Assembly (NCBI GenBank): GCA_016783545.1
Contig: JADHWJ010000001.1
Span: 10,369 to 74,368 of the forward strand
Source of the DNA: Candidatus Aenigmatarchaeota archaeon
Lineage (GTDB): Archaea; Aenigmatarchaeota; Aenigmatarchaeia; QMZP01
Direction of reading: 5' to 3'
DNA length: 64,000 nt
Below, in pieces: positions 28,560-37,299 of the stretch (positions within the stretch are counted from its first letter, which is position 1; each line of letters starts with the position of its first letter). The notes beneath the pieces were generated by a model that made no database searches, was not told the DNA's origin, and worked only from the letters and a program-made list of their open reading frames with translations. The position numbers were made by a program, and so were the translations under genes.

Positions 28560-28922
28560 ATGAGCATAAGAAAAGGCATATTCTATGAAAGAGAACTTCT
28601 CCACTATCTGAATGATAGAGGGTTTTCAGTATGCAGGATACCTTCATCAGGAAATTATATCACACCGGTTGATATAATAGCAATGAAAAATGGAAATGTT
28701 GTATGTTTTGAATGCAAGGCATGGTCAAAGAAGCCAAGGTTGAGCAAACCAAAGCGTGAGATGATGGTTAACTGGTGCAATCGAGCAGGTGCAAGAAGTT
28801 TCCTTGCGTGGAGAACAAGAGGTAAATGGTTGTTTCTCAGAATGGAAGATGTGGAAAGAGGAAATTATGCGGATGAAAACTGGCTTGAGATGGAAAATTT
28901 ATTAAGTTTATTGACAGTCTAA
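28560..28922 (+). CDS. hjc: Holliday junction resolvase Hjc-like (PD-(D/E)xK nuclease)
   Basis: 120 aa. GIFYERELLHYLNDRGFSVCRIPSSG then VDIIAMKNGNVVCFECK places the E, D and E-x-K catalytic residues in the Hjc arrangement. Confidence 0.65.
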   Translation: MSIRKGIFYERELLHYLNDRGFSVCRIPSSGNYITPVDIIAMKNGNVVCFECKAWSKKPRLSKPKREMMVNWCNRAGARSFLAWRTRGKWLFLRMEDVERGNYADENWLEMENLLSLLTV

Positions 28923-29956
28923 CTAGGTAAGAAACTCAGATTTTTGCTCATATTTCTTATACCAGCTTCCAGATCTTCAAGCTGTTTGTATTTATCCATT
29001 TTTCCTATCTCTGTCATTAATCCAGAAGGCATGGCATCCACAGCAGCGTCTTTGTATTGGCCAACACTCTTTGTCATATTTTGATTAAGCTCTGCAACAG
29101 AAGGGTGTATCAAAAGCAAAAAGCTTATTATAATGATTGGAAGAACAATGTATTCGATAACAAACAGCTTCTTCATTTTATAGCCGACTATTTTAAAGTA
29201 TTTCAGAAATACAACTGTTACAGCTACAAAAAGCCCTAAGAAAAGAAGCGGTAGGGAAAAGCTATAGATAAAAAATGAAATTCCATAAGAAAACAAAAAT
29301 AATAAAGTGGTTGTGACAAAAACAATCTTATTGCTCGTAAGCAATTCCCTGGTGAATTTAAATTTGTAGAAAATATAAACCACAGTATATGCTATTGAAA
29401 AGCAAAGCATAAGCCAGAAAGGGAATTTGGAAAGATCTGATGTAAAAGCAAACCAGCCAGCAGAATATTTAAGGAATTCTATTAATGTCATATTTACAGA
29501 TGTTTTTGGTATGCTCTTTTTCAGCCTGGTTACATTTGAAGAATGAAGGAAATTCAGGAAAACCATTCCCAGCAAAATCAGTGTGAACCATTTGCTAACA
29601 AAAACAGATATTCCAGTGCCCAAAAGTAAGAGTAAAATATATAGACTCATTGCACCTCTAATTGAAAGCCTGCCAGAAACAAGAAGCTTCCATTTCGATT
29701 TCTCTAGATCCTCTTTATCATCTTCAAAATCCATGATATCATTGAAAAGATAAACCGAAGAATATGCTAAGAGAAAGCTTGAAATTGAGATAATAAAGAT
29801 GAGCGGATTAAAAACACCAAATGTTACCCAGTATAACACAAACCCCAATGAAAACTGTATTACGTTCTTTGGTAAATTAACAGTTACACTGTTATATGCT
29901 AGGCACTTCCATCTTGACGGCTTGGATTCCATGTCTGATTCTGTGTTCATTTTCAT
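28919..29956 (-). CDS. UbiA-family prenyltransferase (possible DGGGP synthase) with a C-terminal extension
   Basis: NDIMDFEDD (the NDxxDxxxD motif) is followed by LLVSGRLS and multiple TM helices. There is about a 60-aa hydrophilic tail. Confidence 0.55.
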   Translation of the reverse strand: MKMNTESDMESKPSRWKCLAYNSVTVNLPKNVIQFSLGFVLYWVTFGVFNPLIFIISISSFLLAYSSVYLFNDIMDFEDDKEDLEKSKWKLLVSGRLSIRGAMSLYILLLLLGTGISVFVSKWFTLILLGMVFLNFLHSSNVTRLKKSIPKTSVNMTLIEFLKYSAGWFAFTSDLSKFPFWLMLCFSIAYTVVYIFYKFKFTRELLTSNKIVFVTTTLLFLFSYGISFFIYSFSLPLLFLGLFVAVTVVFLKYFKIVGYKMKKLFVIEYIVLPIIIISFLLLIHPSVAELNQNMTKSVGQYKDAAVDAMPSGLMTEIGKMDKYKQLEDLEAGIRNMSKNLSFLPS

Positions 29957-29958
29957 AT

Positions 29959-30711
29959 TTATCTTTTATGTTGTTTATATGCTTTTATTATGACAGTGGA
30001 TGCAACTGAAGGGAACTTTGAAAACAGTTTATCAATTTTATACCAGATGGCCTCTTTTCTTTTAGAATAGCTACCATTTCCCACAAGTGGGCTGCCTTTA
30101 ATATTTCCTGGAATAAAGTTTGTATGTTTCAATAAACCAACCAAAGATTTTTTCGTAAAGGCTCTTATATGACCAGAGCTCTCCTTTAGGAACGGATTAC
30201 CAGTATAAGTTGATGAAGATTCTACCCAAGAAGGGACTATGCCGAAGAGAAGGAAAGCTCTGTTGTACCAGGACGCAAGGTTTGGAATTGTTACGATTAT
30301 ATAGCCTCCAGGTCTTAGTATTCGATGCACATCTTCCAGCAGTTTGTCAGGGTAAAATATATGCTCTACGACATCTCCGCAGAAAACCGCATCAAAATAT
30401 CCGTTTTCAAAAGGAAGTTTTTTACCATCAATGTCAATGGATTGTGCTTTGATGCCAGATCCCTTTGCCTTTTGAATTGCAGAACTGCTGACATCTATTC
30501 CATGCATCTCTGCGCCTGTTTTCTTTCCTATCAAAGAAGAAATAAAGCCATCTCCACACCCTATATCCAATATTCTACCGCCATGGTGTGAATTAAATAA
30601 TTCTAAGACTTTCTCTATCTTGTCTCTCTGTATATTATAGTAACTATCAGGATCTTTCTCAAATATTTCCGAATAGAATTTTTCATTATAATTGCCTGAT
30701 TGCATAATCAT
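29959..30711 (-). CDS. class I SAM-dependent methyltransferase (Methyltransf_11-like)
   Basis: ILDIGCGDGFISSLIG is motif I. The acidic motif II (GIDVSS) and ILRPGGYIIV (motif IV-like) are present. Confidence 0.7.
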   Translation of the reverse strand: MIMQSGNYNEKFYSEIFEKDPDSYYNIQRDKIEKVLELFNSHHGGRILDIGCGDGFISSLIGKKTGAEMHGIDVSSSAIQKAKGSGIKAQSIDIDGKKLPFENGYFDAVFCGDVVEHIFYPDKLLEDVHRILRPGGYIIVTIPNLASWYNRAFLLFGIVPSWVESSSTYTGNPFLKESSGHIRAFTKKSLVGLLKHTNFIPGNIKGSPLVGNGSYSKRKEAIWYKIDKLFSKFPSVASTVIIKAYKQHKR

Positions 30712-30783
30712 CTATTGCCCAAAAGTTTAATAAATTGTACTCAAATCAATATAATAAGAAATCCAAACAATAAATATATAGTT

Positions 30784-32046
30784 ATGACTATGAAAAAATT
30801 CAAACTCACTGAAGAAGGAGAAAAATATGCAAAAGAAGGCCTTCCGGAAAAGAATCTCATAGAATTATTAACAAAGAAAAAATCATTGGACATGGGAAAG
30901 GCAAAAGACTCTGTTTTTAATTTTGCAATAGCTTTCCAATGGGCAAAGAAAAATAAATGGGTTGATATAAAAAAAGGAAAGCTTATTCTTCTAAGAAAGC
31001 CTGGAAAAATAGCAGAACAGGATGCCCTCCAAAATCTAAGTAACGGAGATGATATTGATGAGAAGACGCTAGACATGTTATGCAAGAGGCGGCTTGTTGA
31101 GGAAATAAGAGAAGATGCACTAAAAAAAGCCCAGAAGCTTGTTGGTAAGGATGTTACAAACCTTACAGAAGATCTTATTAAAACAGGATTGTGGAAAGAC
31201 GTTAAGCTAAAACCATATAATGTGGAGGCTGTTGGTAAGAAAGTTTTCATTGGAAAAAGACAGCCGTATAATGCATTTCTTTCTGAAGTAAGGCAGAAGC
31301 TTGTTGAGCTTGGCTTCAGGGAGATGACAGGTCCTATAATAGAGCTGGAATTCTGGAACTTCGACGCCATGTACCAAGGTCAGGGTCACCCAAGCAGAGA
31401 TTGGACTCAGACATATAATTTAAAAGAACCAAAAATGGGAACACTTCCTGATAAAAATATAGTTAATAATGTAAAAGAAACGCATGAAAATGGTTGGAAG
31501 ACAGGCTCAACTGGTTGGGGTTATGAATGGAATCCCAAGAAAGCAGCGCAGCTTATGCCAAGGGCGCATGGAACAGCTCTTTCTGCGAGAACATTAGCAA
31601 ATATGCCTGAAATACCTGGAAAATATTTTGCAATAGCGAGATGCTATAGACCAGATATTATAGACGCTACGCATGGTGTTGAATTTAACCAAACAGAAGG
31701 TATTGTCATTGATAAAGATTTGAATTTTAGAAATCTTTTAGGTTTATTAAAACAGTTTGCAGTTGAATTTGCAAGCGCAGATAAAGTTAAGTTTCATGCT
31801 GATTACTATCCATTTACCGAACCATCTGTTCAGTTGTCAGCAAAGCATCCAGAATTAGGTTGGGTAGAATTTGCAGGTGCGGGTATTTTCAGACCAGAAT
31901 TCACACAGCCATTGGGTGTCATGGAGCCTGTATTAGCATGGGGACTCGGAATAGATAGATTGGCCATGTTTAAATTAGATATAAAAGATATCAGAAATCT
32001 ATTTACTAGGAATTTAGGCTGGTTGAGAAAAAGAAGTGTGTTGTAA
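30784..32046 (+). CDS. pheS: phenylalanyl-tRNA synthetase alpha subunit (archaeal)
   Basis: Class II motifs: FREMTGP, YYPFTEPSVQL, GAGIFRPEF, GLGIDRLAM. I chose the start at MTMKKF to avoid overlap with the convergent MTase. Confidence 0.9.
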   Translation: MTMKKFKLTEEGEKYAKEGLPEKNLIELLTKKKSLDMGKAKDSVFNFAIAFQWAKKNKWVDIKKGKLILLRKPGKIAEQDALQNLSNGDDIDEKTLDMLCKRRLVEEIREDALKKAQKLVGKDVTNLTEDLIKTGLWKDVKLKPYNVEAVGKKVFIGKRQPYNAFLSEVRQKLVELGFREMTGPIIELEFWNFDAMYQGQGHPSRDWTQTYNLKEPKMGTLPDKNIVNNVKETHENGWKTGSTGWGYEWNPKKAAQLMPRAHGTALSARTLANMPEIPGKYFAIARCYRPDIIDATHGVEFNQTEGIVIDKDLNFRNLLGLLKQFAVEFASADKVKFHADYYPFTEPSVQLSAKHPELGWVEFAGAGIFRPEFTQPLGVMEPVLAWGLGIDRLAMFKLDIKDIRNLFTRNLGWLRKRSVL

Positions 32047-32088
32047 TTATTTCTAAAATTTAAATATATGTAAATACAATATATATAC

Positions 32089-32232
32089 ATGGTAAATAAA
32101 AAATTTGAAAGAATAATTGATGCAAAATTATGGAAAACTGGAAATGCAATAGTGGTTACAATACCTTCTTCTATTATTAAAAAATTCAAAATGAATGAAG
32201 GGGATATTATAGAAGTAAGAATAAAGAGATGA
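32089..32232 (+). CDS. 47-aa AbrB/SpoVT/MazE-like swapped-hairpin protein
   Basis: MVNKKFERIIDAKLWKTGNAIVVTIPSSIIKKFKMNEGDIIEVRIKR has the typical AbrB-type beta-hairpin pattern. Its stop overlaps the ATG of the next gene (ATGA). It is below the 60-aa cutoff of the ORF track. Confidence 0.45.
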   Translation: MVNKKFERIIDAKLWKTGNAIVVTIPSSIIKKFKMNEGDIIEVRIKR

Positions 32233-33224
32233 ATATCATGAATGTTAAAAGAAAAGTATCAAAAAAAATATTAAAAAATTTATATTGGAAGGAAGGCTAT
32301 TCATTATCTAGAATCGGTAAAATTGTCGGAATGTCATATAGTGGTGTAGCTTACTATATGAAAAAATTCGGTATAAGAAGGAGACCATCTGACACTAGGA
32401 ATTATCCGAAATTCAATTTTTCTGGAAATCTTATTGAAAAATCTTATATGTTGGGGTTTAGGGCAGGAGATTTATACTCTAAGAGGAAATGCAATAATAT
32501 TAAGATTGAAACAACATCTTCCAAGGAGATATTCTTGGATCTTTTCCATGAAATTTTTGAAAAATATGGTATAGTAAGAGCATATGAAAGAAAGGGAAGT
32601 CTTACTAAAAAGACATTTAAAATGCATTGTTATTTGAACAATTCTTTTAATTTTCTATTAAGAAAGCCTCTAAGAATTCCTAAATGGATAATTAAAAATA
32701 ATAAATGTTTTTTTTCATTCTTTGGCGGTTATTCTGATGCTGAAGGTAGCTGGGTAATAACAAATCATAAATATAGAGATTCTATTAATAAAGATAGTAT
32801 GTTTTGTATGAGGAGTTGTGATAAAGATATAATGCATCAGATTCATGATGGATTAACAAAGAATAATCTGAAATCAAATCTATATCTCGAGAGAAAGAAA
32901 GGCACTTGCACAAACATAGGGAAATATAAATCAGATCTATATAAAATTTGCTTGTATGGTAAAAATGCATTAAAATTGGCAGCTTTAACTTTACCGTTTA
33001 GTAGATATGCATGTAAAAAATACAAAATGGAATCTATAATAGAACTTGAAAATAGTAAAATAATGAATCTAGGAACTTTAAATATAAGTTGCATTTCTTG
33101 TGATCATAAAAAAGTTCGTAAAAACGGTTCTTATGGATATAAAAACAAAAGATTTCAAAGATATAAATGTCCTATATGTAAAAAGGTTTTTTCCGAACAA
33201 ACTCTAAGGAAGCAGGTGATATAA
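32229..33224 (+). CDS. free-standing double-motif LAGLIDADG homing-endonuclease-like protein with N-terminal HTH and C-terminal IS1595/IS1-type zinc ribbon
   Basis: SYMLGFRAGDLYS and FFGGYSDAEGSWVI are the two LAGLIDADG motifs. The N-terminal HTH is YSLSRIGKIVGMSYSGVAYYMKK. The C-terminus is CISCDHKKVRKNGSYGYKNKRFQRYKCPICKKVF. The region is markedly more AT-rich than pheS and pheT. Confidence 0.55.
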   Translation: MNIMNVKRKVSKKILKNLYWKEGYSLSRIGKIVGMSYSGVAYYMKKFGIRRRPSDTRNYPKFNFSGNLIEKSYMLGFRAGDLYSKRKCNNIKIETTSSKEIFLDLFHEIFEKYGIVRAYERKGSLTKKTFKMHCYLNNSFNFLLRKPLRIPKWIIKNNKCFFSFFGGYSDAEGSWVITNHKYRDSINKDSMFCMRSCDKDIMHQIHDGLTKNNLKSNLYLERKKGTCTNIGKYKSDLYKICLYGKNALKLAALTLPFSRYACKKYKMESIIELENSKIMNLGTLNISCISCDHKKVRKNGSYGYKNKRFQRYKCPICKKVFSEQTLRKQVI

Positions 33225-34885
33225 TGCCAACAATAGAACTCTCACACTCAGACCTTTGCAGTCTAATGGGAACAGTTGTTTCAGTCAAAGACCTGGAAGA
33301 GAATGTTATAATGTATGCGAAGGGTGAAGTGGAAGAAATAGATGGAGATAATCTTAAGATTGACATTAAGGACACTAATAGGCCTGATCTATGGTCAGCT
33401 GAAGGAATAGCAAGGGAGATAAAGTTTAGACTTTCTCCTGGAAAATTACCGAAATATAAAATGAAAAAATCAGGAAGAAAAATACTGGTTTCCAAAGAAA
33501 TGAAAAACATAAGACCTCTTATTGCAGCAGCAATAGTAAAGGATATAGTTATTACAGAAGAACTTTTACTCCAGATGATACACTTACAAGATAAAGTCGA
33601 TGAAACATTTGGAAGAAAAAGAAAAGAAGTTGCAATTGGTATTTATGACTATGATAAAGTAAAGGGTGATATAGAATATAGAGCAGCTGATCCAAACAAG
33701 GTTAAGTTTGTTCCACTAGAATTTAAAAAGGAGCTAAGCTTAAAGGAAATATTAAATCAGCATCCAAAGGGCAAGGCATATGCACACCTTATAAGAAAAT
33801 ATCCTAAATACCCTCTTCTCGCAGATTCTGAAGGTGATATTCTTTCAATGCCTCCTGTAATAAATTCCAATTATTCAGGCAAGGTAGAGGAAACAACAAA
33901 GAATTTAATGATTGAGGTAACAGGATATAGTGAAAAATATGTAAGTACTGCAATCAGTGTTTTAGCAGCCGCACTATCGGATAGAGGAGGAAAACCGGAA
34001 TCTGTTGAGATCGTTTATCCAGATAGAAAGGTAACAACACCTAACATGAAACCAAAAAGTATATCTATTGATATCGAATTAATAAGGAAAATTTCTGGAC
34101 TGGATCTGACAAACAATGAAATATATGATCTTCTGAAAAAATCTGGTTATGGTATAAAATCAAAATCCAAAAAAACTAAGCTTCTATACCCTGCATATAG
34201 GCAAGACGTAATGCATCCTATTGATGTTGTGGAAGATGTTATAATATCATATGGATATGGTAATGTTGAGGTAAAAGTTCCTGAGATAGCTACAACAGGG
34301 AAGGCAGATGAGACTGAGGTATTTTCCAAGAGGATTGCAGAAGTAATGGTAGGTCTTGGTATGCAAGAAATACTCTCCTATACACTTACAAATAAAAATG
34401 ATCTCTTTGGGAAAATGAATAAGAAGGAAGAACCTATTGCTGAAATAGAAAATATTGTTTCTTCAAATTGGTCAGTTTTTAGGAACTGGCTTCTCCCAAG
34501 TGTTTTGGAATTCCTACTCCAAAATAAACACATTGAATATCCGCAAGAGGTTTTTGAAATTGGAGATTGTGTTGTTTTGGATAATTTCCAACCAACTAAA
34601 ACAAGAAATGTCAGAAAACTTGCAGGTGCAATAACAAATAGCACTGTCAACTATGAGCAGATTGCTTCTTATGTGGATGCTCTGATAAGTGCAATTGGGA
34701 TTAAATACAAACTAAGAAAAACAAATCATCCAAGTTTTGTCAATGGTAGATGTGCAGAGATATTCGTAGAAAACAAATCTATTGGTTTTGTTGGTGAGAT
34801 AAGCCCAAAGGTTCTCAATAAATGGGGACTGGAAAAACCTGTAACAGCATTTGAGGTAGATTTGGAAAATCTAAAACCTATTTAA
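33224..34885 (+). CDS. pheT: phenylalanyl-tRNA synthetase beta subunit (archaeal)
   Basis: 553 aa with an N-terminal B3/4-like domain (DIKDTNRPDLWSAEGIAREI). The C-terminal B5 and catalytic-like domains are typical of archaeal PheT. Confidence 0.88.
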   Translation: MPTIELSHSDLCSLMGTVVSVKDLEENVIMYAKGEVEEIDGDNLKIDIKDTNRPDLWSAEGIAREIKFRLSPGKLPKYKMKKSGRKILVSKEMKNIRPLIAAAIVKDIVITEELLLQMIHLQDKVDETFGRKRKEVAIGIYDYDKVKGDIEYRAADPNKVKFVPLEFKKELSLKEILNQHPKGKAYAHLIRKYPKYPLLADSEGDILSMPPVINSNYSGKVEETTKNLMIEVTGYSEKYVSTAISVLAAALSDRGGKPESVEIVYPDRKVTTPNMKPKSISIDIELIRKISGLDLTNNEIYDLLKKSGYGIKSKSKKTKLLYPAYRQDVMHPIDVVEDVIISYGYGNVEVKVPEIATTGKADETEVFSKRIAEVMVGLGMQEILSYTLTNKNDLFGKMNKKEEPIAEIENIVSSNWSVFRNWLLPSVLEFLLQNKHIEYPQEVFEIGDCVVLDNFQPTKTRNVRKLAGAITNSTVNYEQIASYVDALISAIGIKYKLRKTNHPSFVNGRCAEIFVENKSIGFVGEISPKVLNKWGLEKPVTAFEVDLENLKPI

Positions 34886-35635
34886 GATGTCAGAGAAAAA
34901 GCCTCTAATGGAAAAGGATGGGCTATAATCTTCTCCAAGAAGGTTGGATGCTATTCCTATAAACTGTTGCGCGGCAGGTGAGCCCCTGTTAAATAGTATT
35001 ATTGGCTGCCTGAAGGAGATTGCCTTTCTCACGGTTTCGTCTTCTGGAACTATTCCAATAACAGGCAAATCTATGAATTCAGATATGCCTTCTATAGGAA
35101 TTTCATGTTTCTTTCCCTTTATTCTATTAACAACAACACCAAGGTTTGCTGTACCGCATTTTTCGGCCATTCTAGCAAGTTTTAATGCATCAGTAATTGC
35201 CGGAAGTTCAGGATTTGTTACAATAAGAAGCTCATCTGCAGCCTCAACAGCTGACAGAGATTCTCTACCAAGGCCTGCTGCAGAATCAATAAGAATGAAA
35301 TCAGCATTGTCAATAAGACTATAAAAAATATTGACAAATTGTCTGGTCTTTGGTACCATTATTTTATCTAATGAAATGTCAGCAGGAATAATCTTCAAAC
35401 CGGTTGGGTGTTCATATATAACATCATCAATTTTTGCTTTCCCTTTCATTATGTCCTGTACACCGGTTGGGTATGTTGGTATGCCAAAATGTATGCTAAG
35501 ATTAGACGTTGTTAGATTGGCATCAATAACAATGACAGAATATCCCATTTCTGTAAGCGCAAGTGAAAGGTTTGCTGTTAATGTGGTCTTGCCGACCCCA
35601 CCCTTTGCAGAACCAACGCAAATTACCCTTCCCAT
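34871..35635 (-). CDS. minD: MinD/ParA-family P-loop ATPase
   Basis: The deviant Walker A is GSAKGGVGKTT. The Walker B region is IDANL and ILIDSAAG. Confidence 0.8.
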   Translation of the reverse strand: MGRVICVGSAKGGVGKTTLTANLSLALTEMGYSVIVIDANLTTSNLSIHFGIPTYPTGVQDIMKGKAKIDDVIYEHPTGLKIIPADISLDKIMVPKTRQFVNIFYSLIDNADFILIDSAAGLGRESLSAVEAADELLIVTNPELPAITDALKLARMAEKCGTANLGVVVNRIKGKKHEIPIEGISEFIDLPVIGIVPEDETVRKAISFRQPIILFNRGSPAAQQFIGIASNLLGEDYSPSFSIRGFFSDILNRF

Positions 35636-35675
35636 GGAAAAATATTAACAGTTAGATTTAAATGATTCTAGTTAA

Positions 35676-35789
35676 CGGACCTGGGAGGGTCTTCAGCTTC
35701 GCTGAAGGCATATGCTTTCAGCATAGCATTCGAACCTCCGACCTTCACCTTAGGAGGGTGCCGCTCTAATCCAACTGAGCTACAGGCCC
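35676..35789 (-). tRNA. tRNA-Arg(CCU) with a roughly 39-nt non-canonical intron in the T-loop (about 35689-35727)
   Basis: The reverse complement reads GGGCCUG UA GCUC AGUUGGAUUA GAGC G GCACC CUCCUAA GGUGA AGGUC GGAGG UUCGAAU [GCUAUGCUGAAAGCAUAUGCCUUCAGCGAAGCUGAAGAC] CCUCC CAGGUCC G. All four stems are present. The insert contains two GAA-loop hairpins. Confidence 0.7.
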
Positions 35790-35825
35790 ATTAAATCTTT
35801 TATTTCTTTATATTAATCTTTCTAT

Positions 35826-36680
35826 ATGAAGTATATCATTTTATGCTTATTATTAATAGTGCTTGTTTCTGGATGTATATATCCAATAACAGGTCAGTCC
35901 ATAAATAAAGAAAAAATAAGAGAAGAGCTAAAAGGTGTTATGGAAAAAATGAATAATACAATTCCTGATAAAGAAGAAAAGATTCCAGAAGAACCGAAAA
36001 ATGCGACTGAAGTTCAGGTAGAAGAAACACTCAAATGTCCTATCTGCAACGATGATAATTCTTGCACAAACGATTATTGTAGTGAGACAACTAATTTTGA
36101 ATGTGTTTATGAAGAGATATCATGCCAGAATACAATAGCAACCTGCCCAGACGGGTTTGAGATGACATGTGAAAACATCTGCATGGACGGTGTGTGTACA
36201 ATATGCATACCCGATTGCATTGGTCATAGAACACCACAGACAGAAGAACCGTGTATTGAATCATGGTCTTGTTCTGATTGGTCTGAATGCACAAACGGAA
36301 CCAAAAATAGAGAGTGCTCTGAAAATAACTGCGAAACAGAAGAAAACAGACCAGAAGAATTTCAGACATGTGTAGAACAGCCTAGAATAAATTATATAGA
36401 ATCTGGAAAGGGTAGAGAAAAATTAGACGAATGGATTGAATTAATTGGTCATGGTGTGGACTTGACCAATTGGACAATAGCAGATGCAGCTAATCATAGA
36501 TTCACATTCCCTAGTATTGAAATAACAGAAAATCTAAAAGTTCACACAGGTCCAGGTGAAAACAATTCAACTGATCTTTTCTGGGGATATGGAAGTCCTA
36601 TATGGAACAATAATGGTGATAATGCAACATTAAAGGATAGCAATGGTAATGTCGTAGACATCTACACATATTCAGAATAG
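35826..36680 (+). CDS. lipoprotein-type secreted Cys-rich protein with a C-terminal lamin-tail domain (LTD)
   Basis: LVSGC is a lipobox-like signal. There are several Cys clusters (CPICNDDNSC, WSCSDWSEC). The C-terminus EWIELIGHGVDLTNWTIADAANHRFTFP...TLKDSNGNVVD matches the LTD fold signature. Confidence 0.55.
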   Translation: MKYIILCLLLIVLVSGCIYPITGQSINKEKIREELKGVMEKMNNTIPDKEEKIPEEPKNATEVQVEETLKCPICNDDNSCTNDYCSETTNFECVYEEISCQNTIATCPDGFEMTCENICMDGVCTICIPDCIGHRTPQTEEPCIESWSCSDWSECTNGTKNRECSENNCETEENRPEEFQTCVEQPRINYIESGKGREKLDEWIELIGHGVDLTNWTIADAANHRFTFPSIEITENLKVHTGPGENNSTDLFWGYGSPIWNNNGDNATLKDSNGNVVDIYTYSE

Positions 36681-37220
36681 TCATTCCATTCTACAATCTT
36701 CGCACATCCATTTACCGCTCACATTTTTTAGCTCATCTGAATAGCCTTCACAGCTTTCACATATTCCAGAGGTTTCGGATTCAGGGTCTGCTACAGAAGA
36801 GACTCTTGATTTTAATTTTTCAGAAAGAATATCAATCATTTCAGGTGCTGCTATAAGTATTTCCTTATCAGATACAATTCCTATTAGCTTTTCATTTTCA
36901 ATAACAGGAAGCCTTTTAACACCGCTTTTCACCATTTTTCTTGTAATTGCCAGCATATCGTCTCTGGGATCAGCTGTTATAAATTTTGTTGTTTTAACAT
37001 CCTTTATTTTCATAGTTTTCGGATCACTGCCAAGTGCAACAACACTAACAATATCAGAATCAGTGATTATTCCAACAGGAGCACCTTCATCGAGAATGAC
37101 AACACTCCCAATTCTGTTATTTGTCATTATTTTCGCAACATCAGAAATGTTAATATCCGGGCTCACTGTAATAACATTTTTCTTCATTATATCCTTCACT
37201 TTAATGCTCATAACAACCAA
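36681..37220 (-). CDS. CBS-domain pair protein with a C-terminal zinc ribbon
   Basis: Two CBS repeats (VITVSPDINISDVAKIM...; KFITADPRDDMLAITRKM...LPVIENEKLIGIVSD). The tail is CESCEGY...CEDC. Confidence 0.7.
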   Translation of the reverse strand: MVVMSIKVKDIMKKNVITVSPDINISDVAKIMTNNRIGSVVILDEGAPVGIITDSDIVSVVALGSDPKTMKIKDVKTTKFITADPRDDMLAITRKMVKSGVKRLPVIENEKLIGIVSDKEILIAAPEMIDILSEKLKSRVSSVADPESETSGICESCEGYSDELKNVSGKWMCEDCRME

Positions 37221-37299
37221 TATAATTATTAAATTAATGTTTTAAATAGGGAATAAATTCAAGGTATTGTTTTTAAACCTTTGTTTCAATTTATAGTGT

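Noticed and set aside
30700-30783. First 28 codons of the track's pheS ORF (MHNHLLPKSLINCTQ...)
   Set aside because: They overlap the convergent methyltransferase gene end and have no PheS homology. The MTMKKFKL start at 30784 matches archaeal PheS N-termini.
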